Shown: piece by piece, positions 46,565 through 57,010 of the stretch
Numbering within the stretch: position 1 is the first letter of the stretch
How the letters are laid out: every line of letters begins with the position of its first letter
DNA from: a virus
Virus record (IMG/VR): IMGVR_UViG_3300013132_006127
Direction: 5' to 3' (one strand)
Length of the DNA stretch: 64,000 bases
Made by a program: the position numbers and the translations under genes
Notes under the pieces: model-generated
Seen by the model: the letters and a program-made list of their open reading frames with translations, nothing else
What the model was told of the DNA's origin: nothing
Databases searched by the model: none

Positions 46565-49500
46565 ATGACTAGAAGATTTGTATTCGAAGGTAATAGGTCA
46601 ACACAGGCTCCAAATGCTAAAGATCCTCAACAAGCAGTAAATAGGAGTTGGAATTGTAGTGCTGAAGATTTCTTTTTTCCTATTCTGGATATGTCAAGCT
46701 ATGATAATGGTACTGATAGAAATTATATTCAAATGCATGCGGCTAATTATGATCATGTGGACCCTCTTCATTCTGATGGTTATAGAATAGGAATAACAGA
46801 ACTATCTTCAATAACAAATAATATTTATATCAAAAAAACATATGTTAAAGCAGGAATAGAGGAAGAGCTTGTTTATGATGATCCGGAAAATGTATTTTGT
46901 GGATTCGGTTTCCCTAGAGCTATTCTTAATATAGCTTCACCTATACCAATCAATGCTTCCACCTACTTAGGAACAGGCGATGCAAAGTCTCCATACAATA
47001 AAGTTTCAGCCGTATCTGCCGCAGAAGACTTTTCTATATTAGCATATATTAATAATGGTAATCTAAACACAGAATTACACGATGCGTTAGTCCAGCTTTT
47101 TTCTCATTATTATGGATTATGGTTAAAGAATGGTAACTTATCATTTATAGGAGCTAATGGAACAGCTGCCCCGGTTAATGGACCGGCTCAACCCACGTCT
47201 GCTACACAAGTTACTCCAGATGGAGGAGGTTTAACTCCAGACTCTACTACTTTTGGCAGTTTTGCTGATTTAAGAAAAAGCCCATTCAATAAAGAAATGG
47301 CTCCAAAAGCAGCCATGGCAGGATTCGCTGGTGTACCTGTTGAATCACAACAATTTGTATATGGTCCGTGGGTAAACTATCCGGATCTACAAAGACATAA
47401 AATTTTCCCACACTTAAATAATAATCAAAGAATATCAGCTATAGAAAATATGATAGGCGGTAGTCATGTGGAGGTGCAAAATGATTTTGTGCCAGAAAAC
47501 TATGGTGGGATGTATTTATTGGATCAAGCAGCTTCGGAGCTTATCGAATCTGAGACTAGCTATCAACAAAGATTTGAAACAGGAAGTCTTAGCATACCTG
47601 GATTGCCCCTATTCTCTTTAGGAGACGAATTATCTATTCATGGATCATCTATAAATTATTATGTCCCATTAGATGCTCAATATATTGGTTATGGAGTTAT
47701 GAGAAGAAAAGCCACGGTTAATACCGGGCCAAATATCACAAACATATCTGTTCAATTAAATAGATCTCCTGAAACAAGATATACTTTTAAAACATATTCT
47801 TCTAGACTAAATATTTTTAACAAGAAAAATGCCGATAATATGAGGCTTGCGGCGCAAAAACAACAAAAAGCCAGAAGAGATTTATTTACTCAGCTAAATA
47901 ATGTTGAACACAAATTTAGTAAAAAACTTAGTATGTACTCTACTTTTAGAGACAAGTTTTATGCCAATATGAATGGGGAACAGAGCGCCACCAGTTCCGC
48001 TAGTCCTGTAGAAGTTTTGGTAGGCAATGTCTATGATTATGCTGGTAGAATTACCGGGTCTACAACAGGCGTTTATATTACTAAAAGGTCTAACGTAGGT
48101 TTATTTGATGCCAAAGAAGTACCTAGAGAAATGACCTCTAGTTATAGCTTAAAATCATTTATGAGTTTGGATGGTTTTTATTCTCCTGTGTCTTTCTTTC
48201 CGACAAAATGGGGTCATACAGTACCGTACTCTAAATTTGAAAAAAATAAATGTCCAATTTGTAACGGTACTAAGAAATATAAAGAAATACGCTTCCATCC
48301 CGGTGGAGCGACTCAAGGTGAAGTAGAATTATATTGTGATTATTGTGAAGAAACGCCTTTCTATAAAGCATCAAATAAAAAGTTAAAACCACCCAAGATA
48401 CCCCCATTCATATTAGCCTCTGGTTTGAATGTAACTGTAAGAGAATCATCCGATGGCGCTGCACAGAATGCTGTTGTGTATGAATATGTTACCGATAAAA
48501 ATTTAATTCAAAACCCCAAGAATTTTCTTAAAACATTAACTGGTGGAGATGGTTCTGGCATAGATTTAATAACACTAAATCCTATAATCGCAGTTAGTGG
48601 TACTTTTAGAAATAAAAATGCCAACCCTGATGATTTTTGTGGTCATTCGATAGAGGTTGTAGGAAGAGGATATGTTGCTCCCCAAAATTCGCTAAGGATA
48701 GTGGAAGATATAGTAGATGGAGCAGTAGTAGGAACAAATTTAACAGGTAATTCTAGAGTCCCTAGATTAGATACTGCTGCGAGTCAAGTTCTAAATAAGA
48801 TAGTTCCCAAAGCATTTTTAGATATAGATTATGTATCTTACGATTTTAGAAATTTGATGGGCAATACTCCTATTAATAAAATACATGAATTAAATCAAAG
48901 ATTTTTTAGTTTCAAAGGCCCTATGGTAATGCATGGTTGGGGTTATGATATCGATGGGTTTCCGGTGCCTAATGCTTCTGGCAATCCTATCAACAGCGGT
49001 CAATTTAAGCCACATCCGACTACCGGTGCTCTTTGGAGAACAAGAGCGTTGGATGTTATGGGTGCTAACGACATCAATAGTCCAGATTATGGAGATATTA
49101 TTGTTGGACAAAATATGGAGTGGAAGGATGGTTTATGGTCTGAGCCTTATAGAGAAAAAGAATTTTTAGACGGTTGGGGACTAAAACAGAGCAATTGGCC
49201 TGTTGGACCGATAGATCTAAGGTGGGATGAATCCAGAAGAGTTTGGGTGGCACATTCTGATAAAACGTATGATAATGTTTATGTAACACTAGAAGAAGAT
49301 CTAATATTAGAAAGAAATTCTAGACATACTTATCCAGCTAGAGGTTTCTTAGATGAAATAGATTTTGATAAAGAACCAATACCTCGCGGAACAAGAAGAG
49401 TTGTTTTCGTTAAAGATAGATCCGGATACACAGCACCAAGAGGAGCTAAACTATATTGTTCTTATGATACTAACAGTGGATTTTATCAACCTATAAGTAA

Positions 49501-49714
49501 ACCCAATATAATTTGTTCTGGTATTATTAAACAAGGATTAAATGCTGATATTTTTGCTAATTACGCTGAACCAACAACGGGTATGATACAAGATGTTTCT
49601 AGAATTAGTGTTAAATTTACTAATAATTTAAATTTGGAATTAAAGCCCAACCATAGGGCCATGTTTATATACATGGACGGCGTGTGGAATTTAATGAATA
49701 TAGGAAGACCATAA
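46565..49714 (+). CDS. Putative baseplate hub/tail-tip protein, C-terminal part, with CxxC-x24-CxxC
   Basis: ETGSLSIPGLPLFSLGDEL..GPNITNISVQL..TRYTF resembles the closing hub barrel. CPIC..CDYC at 48251-48346. Own ggag RBS upstream. Confidence 0.5.
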   Translation: MTRRFVFEGNRSTQAPNAKDPQQAVNRSWNCSAEDFFFPILDMSSYDNGTDRNYIQMHAANYDHVDPLHSDGYRIGITELSSITNNIYIKKTYVKAGIEEELVYDDPENVFCGFGFPRAILNIASPIPINASTYLGTGDAKSPYNKVSAVSAAEDFSILAYINNGNLNTELHDALVQLFSHYYGLWLKNGNLSFIGANGTAAPVNGPAQPTSATQVTPDGGGLTPDSTTFGSFADLRKSPFNKEMAPKAAMAGFAGVPVESQQFVYGPWVNYPDLQRHKIFPHLNNNQRISAIENMIGGSHVEVQNDFVPENYGGMYLLDQAASELIESETSYQQRFETGSLSIPGLPLFSLGDELSIHGSSINYYVPLDAQYIGYGVMRRKATVNTGPNITNISVQLNRSPETRYTFKTYSSRLNIFNKKNADNMRLAAQKQQKARRDLFTQLNNVEHKFSKKLSMYSTFRDKFYANMNGEQSATSSASPVEVLVGNVYDYAGRITGSTTGVYITKRSNVGLFDAKEVPREMTSSYSLKSFMSLDGFYSPVSFFPTKWGHTVPYSKFEKNKCPICNGTKKYKEIRFHPGGATQGEVELYCDYCEETPFYKASNKKLKPPKIPPFILASGLNVTVRESSDGAAQNAVVYEYVTDKNLIQNPKNFLKTLTGGDGSGIDLITLNPIIAVSGTFRNKNANPDDFCGHSIEVVGRGYVAPQNSLRIVEDIVDGAVVGTNLTGNSRVPRLDTAASQVLNKIVPKAFLDIDYVSYDFRNLMGNTPINKIHELNQRFFSFKGPMVMHGWGYDIDGFPVPNASGNPINSGQFKPHPTTGALWRTRALDVMGANDINSPDYGDIIVGQNMEWKDGLWSEPYREKEFLDGWGLKQSNWPVGPIDLRWDESRRVWVAHSDKTYDNVYVTLEEDLILERNSRHTYPARGFLDEIDFDKEPIPRGTRRVVFVKDRSGYTAPRGAKLYCSYDTNSGFYQPISKPNIICSGIIKQGLNADIFANYAEPTTGMIQDVSRISVKFTNNLNLELKPNHRAMFIYMDGVWNLMNIGRP

Positions 49715-50151
49715 TGAATAATCAAGAAAGAGAAGTTCTTAGTCCAGACTATTATGAGATTCTCACCAACCCAAACTCTAATGTGGTAGTAAATGATATT
49801 AGATTTATAAATAGTGTTTTATTGGTGATAGATTCAAAATATGAAGAATATAAAACTTCTCTTAAAAGAGCAATAGTTAATGAACAGGCTTATAGAGGTC
49901 TAGACCCTAAAATAGGCACAGAATTGTATAATGAACTATTATCTTTAATGGAAGAAAAAAAAGAAATTTTGAAAAAAGATATTATTGTATCTGGGCACTT
50001 GTCTAATATAAGTAATAAAACCAATATTAGAACAGCCGTATTTTTCTATAACAATCTCAAGTCTTCGGTTGCTCAACAGTTGGATTTGGCTTATTCATTA
50101 ATTGTTAGTAGACTAAGGAACTTTTATTTAAGAGATATTAACGATGGATAG
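49714..50151 (+). CDS. Hypothetical helical protein
   Basis: ATG 49714 overlaps the upstream stop (TAATG); preferred over the GTG at 49684. Confidence 0.65.
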   Translation: MNNQEREVLSPDYYEILTNPNSNVVVNDIRFINSVLLVIDSKYEEYKTSLKRAIVNEQAYRGLDPKIGTELYNELLSLMEEKKEILKKDIIVSGHLSNISNKTNIRTAVFFYNNLKSSVAQQLDLAYSLIVSRLRNFYLRDINDG

Positions 50152-53100
50152 ATTTGATACCGTTAGCGCATTTACAAATAATGCGGCAGGAGTTATAGAT
50201 AGCGCTAATAATAATATTATTAGATCTTTTCCACCTTATGATACGGATATATATAACTCTTTAGAAATTCTAACCGCCCAAGTTCCACCTACTAGGATCA
50301 ATGTTCCTCCACCAGTAGCTACTGTCGAACCTATAAGTTTTCTCAACAAAAAAACCAACACCAACGTAACAGAGTCTACGGTTTTATCAACAGAAAGCTC
50401 TAATTTTTGGTTTAAAGGTTTAAAAGCTGATCTAGACTGGGACAGGATAAGAGAAGATGATATAACATTAAACTATGATCTAAATAATTATATTACTCCT
50501 TTTAATCCTACTATTAGTGGTGTGTGGCGCCCATGTATTATGTATGTCGATCCTATAACTGGTGCCAAAAATACAAATATAGAGTTTTCTGATACTGGTA
50601 GCGATGAAGATTGTGAGGCCGGTTTAGGCTTAGAAAATTTCATCACCATATCTACTCCATTTTTTAAAAGCTGGACCATTGATCCGGGATTACAAGCTAA
50701 AATAGACTGGAAAATACCTAAAACACTAGGAACATGTAGTGTTATGGGTGTTCTATTTTGGTATAGACATTACGACATAGGAAGAGAAACGACAATCAAG
50801 CAAACTTTTAATATGCCGATGGGAGGATTTAACGAAACAAGAAATACTGCTATTTTACCAAAACAATTAGTAAGAATTGATGGTAAACTAATAGAGTTAA
50901 GGGAACAACACGAAGATCATACATATATTTCTCAAGCAAATAATACTAATATAATACCATTATATGGTTTGCATTCTGGTTTAAAAGAAGGAGACTATGT
51001 TCTTGTAATTCGCAACAATGCTTCTGGAAAAGTTTCTGAGGATGTATATAAGGTTACAGAGGGTTTATGGGTTTGTATGGGGCCAAAGAGATTTTTACCA
51101 GGAGTAGATATATATCTATCTGATGGTTTTTGTACTATTGAATATGATTCATATTATTTAATACAATCTATAAAGAGAGAGCCCAATACAGAAGAACCCG
51201 AGTCTATTTTTGAGTATTATCCAAAAACCCATCTTATAACCAACGATCTATCAAAATACAGAGGCTGTTTAACCAGTCTATTGAACTTAAGTAATAATAC
51301 AACCCTAGAAAAGCTTATAGAAGCTGATGGATTAGGTACTACAGAAGAGAATTTACCTATTCATATTTATATGAACAAAGAAAAGAGAAACAAGTATGTC
51401 GGTTTAAAAAATTTAGCAAGAATTTTATCCACAGGGCCTTTGGTGGATATGGCTGCTATATACGCATACAATAAATTTTTAGACACTATAGATTTAAATG
51501 TATATAAAACTGGTAATTTTATTACTTTAAAAAATCAAATAGAAGATGTTTATGGTAGATTAACATTAAAGACCTTACCACCAATTATCAGTCCTATCAA
51601 TAGTAGAATATACGATTTACCCGCAGGGGTTTTTGCTGATGATGATATTACAATCTCTATTAATAATGTAAATATTGCTAAAACACAATGGAAAAAAATA
51701 ACTAATGTTCGAATAGAAATAGATAACGGTGTTATTTTTCAACCAGATAATAATACCATTTCTATTGTTAAAAACATATATGTTAATGATGATATAACAT
51801 CAGCTATTTTTGATAAAGTATCTAGATCTTTATACAATAACATAGAACATAACGATGTTCAGTCTATACAAGATAATTTAAGAATTATTAAAACTAAAAA
51901 AGATTTAGCTTTAGCTTTAACTGTATTTGATAATGTTTCAAAAAACTTTTATTTACAGTTTAATTCTGGACAATCATTAAAAATGATGTCTTCTAAGACT
52001 ATCTCGGTACCTCAAGTTTATCTTAAAATGGATTTTGAACATAAAAGAAGACTAGGTATTCAAACAGAGGAATTTTGGTATAAACAAAGAATTAATGTCG
52101 GAGGAACAGAAGTTTATACTAAATTAAAAGTACCAGACGATACCGAATTTGATCCTGGAGAAAATGAATCATTGGTTCTTTCTATTACCGATGATACTTT
52201 TACAACAGCAGCAGCTCCTGGGGGTGGATTAGCACAAGAAAAAATTATGATCTATGATTTTTTAGGTTTTGATGCTAATAAATCTGAATTGTACAATAGT
52301 ACTCTTACTTCGATGTATGATGCTTTTGGGGTAAATCAGCAATTTTATAAGGTGATAGAATTACAAAAAACACTTAATAATTCTTTAAGAGACCCCTCAG
52401 AAACTTATAATTTGGGATTAATTAATGGAGAACCATACAGATTAACCAAAAGATTGAATAATTGGACATGGGATTTCGATAAAGCCTTACGAAGTAAACA
52501 GGAACTGATAGAGGATTTAAATAAAGATAATCCAGTATTTAAAAATAGTTTAAATTTATTAGATGATAGATTTTTAGAAGCTAACACTAATAATAAAACT
52601 ATCTATCCAGATATTAAAGAAGTATATTTTCATCGTTTAGGGGGCGTGGTATTTCCAAATTTATTCCTATTTACAATAGGCAAGAGTCTTTATTGGAATT
52701 ATAGAACTGGTCCAGTGCCAATTCAAAATGCTCAATACTTTGTTGAAAAATTGCCAGGCCCCAATATTACAAGACCAAACAAGGTGCTCATTGAGTTTGA
52801 ATGTAATGAATTTTTGCATGTTAGGCTGTATGATATAGAGATAGAAAATTTACGTATAGACACGTATGAATCCTCCGGCTTTAGACCCTTTCCAAATAAA
52901 GTACCAATAAGGTCGGATGAAACCAGGGTATACGACCAGGTTATAGGATACGAATTTAATGAGGAAATACATCTGCTAACTACTCAATTCTCTCCACCGA
53001 TTGTGGCCTACGGAGCCCACAGAAAAGAAGATGTAGAAAGCCTAGGAGTAACAATATTAAACCATCCCAAACCTATTCAAAAAAACCCAATAACACAACT

Positions 53101-56100
53101 TTACGAAGTTCTACCAGAAAACACCCTACCATTTACTGCAAAAAACTCCAAATACTTGACAGAAAATACTGTTCAAAGAACTCTGGCTTTTCAAGAAGCA
53201 GGAGCAGGATCTTTAAGGGATAAGTCTTCGGTTAAATGTTTCTTATCTCCACAATATTTTTACAATGAAGTGGTATTCCGTAAAGGATTTTTTCATCCAA
53301 ATCAAGGCTGGATAGATAATAAATTTTTGATTGGCAGTAATGCTTCATTAAAAAATAAAACCCCTGTTATAGGTAGTGGAATTTCTAATTGTCTAACATA
53401 TGGTTCATATGGAAAAAGGTTCTACCCCGAGTTGGTTACAGGTGCTACAGCAGACGCTATGAAAGAGTGTAAACCTAAACCATTAAAAGGTAAAGACTAT
53501 CTAGTAATACTAGATCCTATGAAAGAATACGACGCTGATCAGTTAAAAAGATTCAGAGTATTTCCTAATATTATAACAACTAATATTAATAATGATGTAT
53601 CTTTTATATCATTAATATCAGCTAAATTATCGTTTTTAAATCATCCTTTTCCTAAAGATTTAAGAATAGCGTTATTTGATCCTAGAGAATATAGATTTAT
53701 AGCAGGAAATATAGTCGATAAAACTATAGCTTATGATCTTCATACCAGACAATGCCAAGAGCCGCCTCCACCAGAAGCTGAAATTAAAAAACTATTGGAA
53801 TTGCGAATTAAAGAGAATAACAGCTGGATGGGTCCATTATCTATGCAGGCAAGAACATCACCAAGAAATTTATTATTTAATAATAGCTTATTAAACTATC
53901 AAAAAAACTTTCATTTAACATTTAATAATTATGGAAGAGATTTAAAGTATGCCGTAAGTAATGATATTGTATTACCAGAAGACAGTTTGGATTATTATAT
54001 AGGTTCTAGCGGTATTATAAGAGGATTTGGAGAATTTAGCACAGACAGCGAGGCTGTATCTCCTGATTCAGACAATACTTGGGGTTTGCAAATATCTGAT
54101 ATGGGCGGACTAGATACCGGTTCAACCTGTTTTCAACTTCAGGTTTGTACGGGTTGTCCTGTTCCTAATTATGATACTATGGGTGGCACCACAGGTACCG
54201 CTATTACTCCTTATAATTTATTAGCTTATAATGCTAGAGCTTTTGATTTTCCTCAAAATCCGGAAGCATATCCAAGTGGTTATTGTTTTATAGCGGACTT
54301 TACTAATAAAAAACACCTAATCCCTCCTATTAATATAGATGCTCCATATAATTCTCAGGTAACTGAATTTGGAGATTTTCCTTGTCAAGAGCAACCAGAT
54401 CCACCCGGTCCTAGAGAGTTTATCAAACCCATAATACCTCCAGAACCAGTATTTATACCTCCTATACATTTTCCATTAGTAGGTTTACTTACTCATATTA
54501 GTATTATGAATCAGATGATGGCCATGGGTTATGATATGCCGTACGGGGCTTTTGGAGGCGTATGGACACCAAATCCATTTACTGATAACGTGTCTATCAA
54601 AGCTAAAAATAGAGCATATTTAGCTAATAAGGGCTATCTTCAAGTAGAAGGCACCACAGCCTCATTTCTAAGAGGTTATGGTTATATGAAGGGCTTGTCT
54701 TTGTCTAAAGATTATAAATATGGAATACCCAATAAAGTAGAAGTAGATGTAAAATATAGAAATTGTTTATGGTATACTATTGAAGCTGATATTTTTAAGT
54801 ATACAGAACAGTGCTCACCAGTATTAGAAAATACTAAGTTTAAATATTTAGTGTACAAAGGCTACGAAAATTATCCCAGTTTTGATTTTCAATTCAGACT
54901 ATCTAAAGATAGGTTTGGAGTAGAATATGCTGCTATAGATGGGGCAAGAGCTTTTTATTCATTTACAAGAAATGAGCCTGTTAGATTAGTATATACTGTT
55001 CTAAGAGCCCAGAATCAGAATGGAACGACTGTATATTCTCCAATTAAATTAAGCGGAGTGTTTAATATAGGAAATATTATTGTTCCTCCTCTAAAAAATC
55101 CTCAATATGTTCCTAGTGTTATAGATAATAGTTTTTTTAATGAGATAAACGATAGAGCTAGTAATGCCCCATTGGTTTTAACAGACGGGGATTTGGATAG
55201 ACAGTTATTACCTGGCACTACCACTCATTTATATTTAGGAACAAATCTATTGTCAGGACAAGATAAATTTGTAAGTGGTCATATTGAAAAAATAAATAAT
55301 AATACGGTGATGTTATACAACTCAACATATACAGAAAATGATCCACTTGTGGCTTTCGGAAAATGGCGAAATACCGATAGTTTAAACATGGGTAATTTGA
55401 TATCTACATACATAAAAGACCAATTGTTCTCGGAGGGTTCATATGGCTGGGGATCTGACAAAAATAATCCTCAAATACACCCAATAGTAAAAACGCCAGA
55501 CCTACTAGGACTACATAATTTTGATTATCATTTTGGTAAAGCTGATTATTGTGGTAGAATTAAAATAATTAACAATAATAATATTAATAAAATTGTTAGA
55601 TTCAAATATGATCCTAGAATTAAATATTCTAACATGCCACCAAATCCATATGCTCAGTCTGTTAATAATGAATATATTAGATATACTGGCTATCCAACAG
55701 ATATTAGGGATATTAAAAATAGAATTTATGCTCATAATATCTTTAGTATTACAGACGCAAATAGAAAGTTATTTGATTTTGAGCTCGGTTCTTCTAAATA
55801 TGAAAAGTATTATTTAGATAAAAATATAGCAAAATATTATTTGCCATATTATGATTTAACTTTAGATCCAGCATTATTGTCTGGGGTCTGGAATAATGAT
55901 AATCCGTCTGGAGATATTGTTGTAGTACCAAGCGGTCAGGTTTTACCAAAAGTAGGAACAGCAGGAAGATATTATAAACAAGAAATTATACCTAATGAAA
56001 CATATATAATATATAGATGGAATAATAAAGAAAGAATTTATGAAGATGTTAACAATCTAAGAACTGCCGATAAGGACTTTTTATTAGAGTCTACTACATT

Positions 56101-57010
56101 ATCTAGTGGAGTGATACAATTTGAGAATATTTTTTCAAAAGTAAAACTTGGACCAAGCAATATTTTCTCTAGAGCGACAGGATCAAATGCTCCGACATCA
56201 ACAGAAGAAGCATCAGAAGGAGGCGCTGTAGCCAGAAATAATATTCTGAATTATAACGATAATTATTATTGGATTTCTATACCTATGGATGCTAGTGGAG
56301 CACTAGCTTCTAGTTCTAAGATACCATATTCTATTAAGCAGGGGTGTGATTATCTTGGCGCTAATTGGGCTTCTTTAGCTTGTCAAAACGTATGTAATAC
56401 TCAGATGGTCGGGCCGTTAACCCCAGAAGATGCTGCTGCTGGAACAACATCCTCGTCACAAAATTTATCTGTTTTCTATTTGGAGTCTGGTAATCAAAAA
56501 TGTCCACAAGTAAATTATGAATTAAGAGAGACTACTCAAAATTTTTATATGGGCTGTGGGGAGTTTAAGAATGATTCTATTGTCAGACTTGATTTGGCTT
56601 TTAGATATTATGTTCCCGAAGCCGCACACGGTTTTATATCAGCAAGGGAGCTTTTAGGAAATAGCGAAGAGATTAGAGTAAGATTTAAATATATACCTAG
56701 AAAAATACAAACAGATTTTACAATAACGCTTGGTCAAAATGCTGTCAATCAAAGTCAATTATATTTCTGGGAATGCCATGAAACAAATCCTAAAAATCTT
56801 TATAATGAAAGAACTAGAATTAATAAGACTCCTCCATTTTATCAAGTGCTTAATGAGATGATATTTAGAGCTTGGTTTGGAGAGAGACAGAAGATATCAA
56901 CTCAAGATACCTTTGGAGTTGACACATTTGTAACACAAAATCATTATAAGTGGGTGCCGTATGAGTATGATAATTCTGGATTCTTTGATAGAGAAAGATC
57001 TGCCCTATGA
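50144..57010 (+). CDS. Large virion protein (2288 aa) with proprotein-convertase P-domain-like module
   Basis: SAKLSFLNHPFPKDLRIALF...NTWGLQISD (~53600-54148) fits the P-domain pattern H....DL.I.L / W.L.I.D. Also carries the LKEGDYVLV..Y.V..G.W tail motif. Confidence 0.6.
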   Translation: MDRFDTVSAFTNNAAGVIDSANNNIIRSFPPYDTDIYNSLEILTAQVPPTRINVPPPVATVEPISFLNKKTNTNVTESTVLSTESSNFWFKGLKADLDWDRIREDDITLNYDLNNYITPFNPTISGVWRPCIMYVDPITGAKNTNIEFSDTGSDEDCEAGLGLENFITISTPFFKSWTIDPGLQAKIDWKIPKTLGTCSVMGVLFWYRHYDIGRETTIKQTFNMPMGGFNETRNTAILPKQLVRIDGKLIELREQHEDHTYISQANNTNIIPLYGLHSGLKEGDYVLVIRNNASGKVSEDVYKVTEGLWVCMGPKRFLPGVDIYLSDGFCTIEYDSYYLIQSIKREPNTEEPESIFEYYPKTHLITNDLSKYRGCLTSLLNLSNNTTLEKLIEADGLGTTEENLPIHIYMNKEKRNKYVGLKNLARILSTGPLVDMAAIYAYNKFLDTIDLNVYKTGNFITLKNQIEDVYGRLTLKTLPPIISPINSRIYDLPAGVFADDDITISINNVNIAKTQWKKITNVRIEIDNGVIFQPDNNTISIVKNIYVNDDITSAIFDKVSRSLYNNIEHNDVQSIQDNLRIIKTKKDLALALTVFDNVSKNFYLQFNSGQSLKMMSSKTISVPQVYLKMDFEHKRRLGIQTEEFWYKQRINVGGTEVYTKLKVPDDTEFDPGENESLVLSITDDTFTTAAAPGGGLAQEKIMIYDFLGFDANKSELYNSTLTSMYDAFGVNQQFYKVIELQKTLNNSLRDPSETYNLGLINGEPYRLTKRLNNWTWDFDKALRSKQELIEDLNKDNPVFKNSLNLLDDRFLEANTNNKTIYPDIKEVYFHRLGGVVFPNLFLFTIGKSLYWNYRTGPVPIQNAQYFVEKLPGPNITRPNKVLIEFECNEFLHVRLYDIEIENLRIDTYESSGFRPFPNKVPIRSDETRVYDQVIGYEFNEEIHLLTTQFSPPIVAYGAHRKEDVESLGVTILNHPKPIQKNPITQLYEVLPENTLPFTAKNSKYLTENTVQRTLAFQEAGAGSLRDKSSVKCFLSPQYFYNEVVFRKGFFHPNQGWIDNKFLIGSNASLKNKTPVIGSGISNCLTYGSYGKRFYPELVTGATADAMKECKPKPLKGKDYLVILDPMKEYDADQLKRFRVFPNIITTNINNDVSFISLISAKLSFLNHPFPKDLRIALFDPREYRFIAGNIVDKTIAYDLHTRQCQEPPPPEAEIKKLLELRIKENNSWMGPLSMQARTSPRNLLFNNSLLNYQKNFHLTFNNYGRDLKYAVSNDIVLPEDSLDYYIGSSGIIRGFGEFSTDSEAVSPDSDNTWGLQISDMGGLDTGSTCFQLQVCTGCPVPNYDTMGGTTGTAITPYNLLAYNARAFDFPQNPEAYPSGYCFIADFTNKKHLIPPINIDAPYNSQVTEFGDFPCQEQPDPPGPREFIKPIIPPEPVFIPPIHFPLVGLLTHISIMNQMMAMGYDMPYGAFGGVWTPNPFTDNVSIKAKNRAYLANKGYLQVEGTTASFLRGYGYMKGLSLSKDYKYGIPNKVEVDVKYRNCLWYTIEADIFKYTEQCSPVLENTKFKYLVYKGYENYPSFDFQFRLSKDRFGVEYAAIDGARAFYSFTRNEPVRLVYTVLRAQNQNGTTVYSPIKLSGVFNIGNIIVPPLKNPQYVPSVIDNSFFNEINDRASNAPLVLTDGDLDRQLLPGTTTHLYLGTNLLSGQDKFVSGHIEKINNNTVMLYNSTYTENDPLVAFGKWRNTDSLNMGNLISTYIKDQLFSEGSYGWGSDKNNPQIHPIVKTPDLLGLHNFDYHFGKADYCGRIKIINNNNINKIVRFKYDPRIKYSNMPPNPYAQSVNNEYIRYTGYPTDIRDIKNRIYAHNIFSITDANRKLFDFELGSSKYEKYYLDKNIAKYYLPYYDLTLDPALLSGVWNNDNPSGDIVVVPSGQVLPKVGTAGRYYKQEIIPNETYIIYRWNNKERIYEDVNNLRTADKDFLLESTTLSSGVIQFENIFSKVKLGPSNIFSRATGSNAPTSTEEASEGGAVARNNILNYNDNYYWISIPMDASGALASSSKIPYSIKQGCDYLGANWASLACQNVCNTQMVGPLTPEDAAAGTTSSSQNLSVFYLESGNQKCPQVNYELRETTQNFYMGCGEFKNDSIVRLDLAFRYYVPEAAHGFISARELLGNSEEIRVRFKYIPRKIQTDFTITLGQNAVNQSQLYFWECHETNPKNLYNERTRINKTPPFYQVLNEMIFRAWFGERQKISTQDTFGVDTFVTQNHYKWVPYEYDNSGFFDRERSAL

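Noticed and set aside
46535-46567. Stop-codon readthrough or alternative genetic code joining the two hub ORFs
   Set aside because: Three in-frame TAA codons and a separate RBS. Multi-kb ORFs are intact in code 11, and TAA, TAG and TGA all end genes in this window.
54-55817. Other short ORFs nested in or antisense to the large + strand genes
   Set aside because: Fully overlap long coherent CDSs and carry no recognisable motifs
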